UHGV virus genome: UHGV-0276404
Source: a virus
Reading direction: 5' to 3' (one strand)
DNA: 14,666 bases
Below are positions 14,009 to 14,666 of the stretch, in pieces. How positions within the stretch are numbered: position 1 is the stretch's first letter; every line of letters begins with the position of its first letter. The notes under the pieces are model-generated. The model was given only the letters and a program-made list of their open reading frames with translations, was not told the DNA's origin and did not search any database. The position numbers were made by a program, and so were the translations under genes.

Positions 14009-14020
14009 GTGACATGTCAC
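14009..14020. repeat. Perfect 12-bp palindrome GTGACATGTCAC (copy 3 of 3)
   Basis: Read directly; overlaps the stop codon of the 14017-14355 gene, 41 nt from the terS-proximal terminator. Confidence 0.9.
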
Positions 14021-14355
14021 ACTATTAATTTCGTTTCATGCCAGCCTTTAGTCACCCAGCATTGCGAGTCACCATTACACGGGCATGAATTAACTGGAAC
14101 TCTCTCGCCGCACTTACCGCAACGTTTTCTGCTGATCGATTTTATACGCCCGCGCACCCGGGCATCATCCTGGCGGATCATCAGCGCGATGTACTCGGCC
14201 ATTTCATAGGGATCTCGACCAGGGCGCCGGGCGGCGCAGTTCCGCTCCAGCATTTCAATTTCCTGAGCATCAAGCACAATCTCCAGCTTACGTACACCGG
14301 ATTCAGCTTGTCTGGCTCTCTGAGCGGCTTTGCGCTCTGCTGCTGATTTAGCCAT
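14017..14355 (-). CDS. Small basic protein with Cys-rich C-terminus (CGKCGERVPVNSCPCNGDSQC); unknown function
   Basis: ATG at 14355 (the ORF-track TTG at 14358 is less likely) with AAGG upstream. No HNH His/Asn signature despite the position upstream of terS. Confidence 0.6.
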   Translation of the reverse strand: MAKSAAERKAAQRARQAESGVRKLEIVLDAQEIEMLERNCAARRPGRDPYEMAEYIALMIRQDDARVRGRIKSISRKRCGKCGERVPVNSCPCNGDSQCWVTKGWHETKLIV

Positions 14356-14390
14356 CAATATTTACCTTTATCGCGAACACCTTTACCGGT

Positions 14391-14633
14391 TTATCTCCTT
14401 TGCATGGCACGTAATTTTTTCAGATGGTTCTCCTGTTCTGTTTCAGCCAGGATCTGGTGATATTCTCTGTGATCAATGTGTTCGAATAAATTATTGAATT
14501 TTCTGATGCACACCCTTCCAGGATAGCCATCCATCCTCTTGAAGAACACTGAGTGATCAGTACTACGAATGATTTTTACTGGATAGCCAGCGCTATCGGT
14601 GTATATCTGACCACGTTGAATCAGAGAGAACAT
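14391..14633 (-). CDS. Small phage protein (80 aa), DUF4222-like
   Basis: ATG at 14633 with GGGGA upstream. QIYTDSAGYPVKIIRSTDHSVFFKRMDGYPGRVCIRKFNNLFEHI fits my recollection of the DUF4222 pattern (Y.D..G.PV....F.R.GY....C....F..F); unverified. Confidence 0.55.
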   Translation of the reverse strand: MFSLIQRGQIYTDSAGYPVKIIRSTDHSVFFKRMDGYPGRVCIRKFNNLFEHIDHREYHQILAETEQENHLKKLRAMQRR

Positions 14634-14666
14634 TCGTTTATCCCCAGATAAAAATATAGCAATACC

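Noticed and set aside
1-14666. CRISPR array, integrase/att site, or toxin-antitoxin pair
   Set aside because: The only tandem repeat is the 8-bp microsatellite, with no spacers. No tyrosine or serine recombinase motifs appear in any ORF. The tRNA sits inside the phage modules rather than at a prophage end. No small overlapping gene pair has a toxin/antitoxin-like signature I could recognise.

Overview
Mosaic segment of a temperate, podovirus-like prophage (or a defective or satellite-like derivative) with enterobacterial-type sequence. Minus strand, from high to low coordinates: two small genes, terminase small and large subunits, then a tightly coupled virion operon (small protein, a portal N-terminal fragment, four internal-virion-type proteins including a lytic transglycosylase, then two AT-rich exported/membrane proteins), and finally a ~1024-aa tailspike at 150-3224. 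Plus strand: a tRNA-Arg(UCU) unit with a downstream small gene, and an accessory island (3.2-6.6 kb) carrying a LexA-boxed Tum-like mini-antirepressor, a Bro-N antirepressor, a membrane-anchored moron and a small secreted peptide. No scaffold, major capsid or tail-tube gene is recognisable between the terminase and the tailspike. The most unusual features are regulatory: a 16-17 bp inverted repeat (ATTACC-N5-GGTRA) heads every plus-strand unit, a perfect 12-bp palindrome (GTGACATGTCAC) sits at three module junctions, and two morons are immediately preceded by intrinsic terminators. All calls rest on reading the sequence and ORF translations by eye; no database search or folding was run, and family names are from memory.
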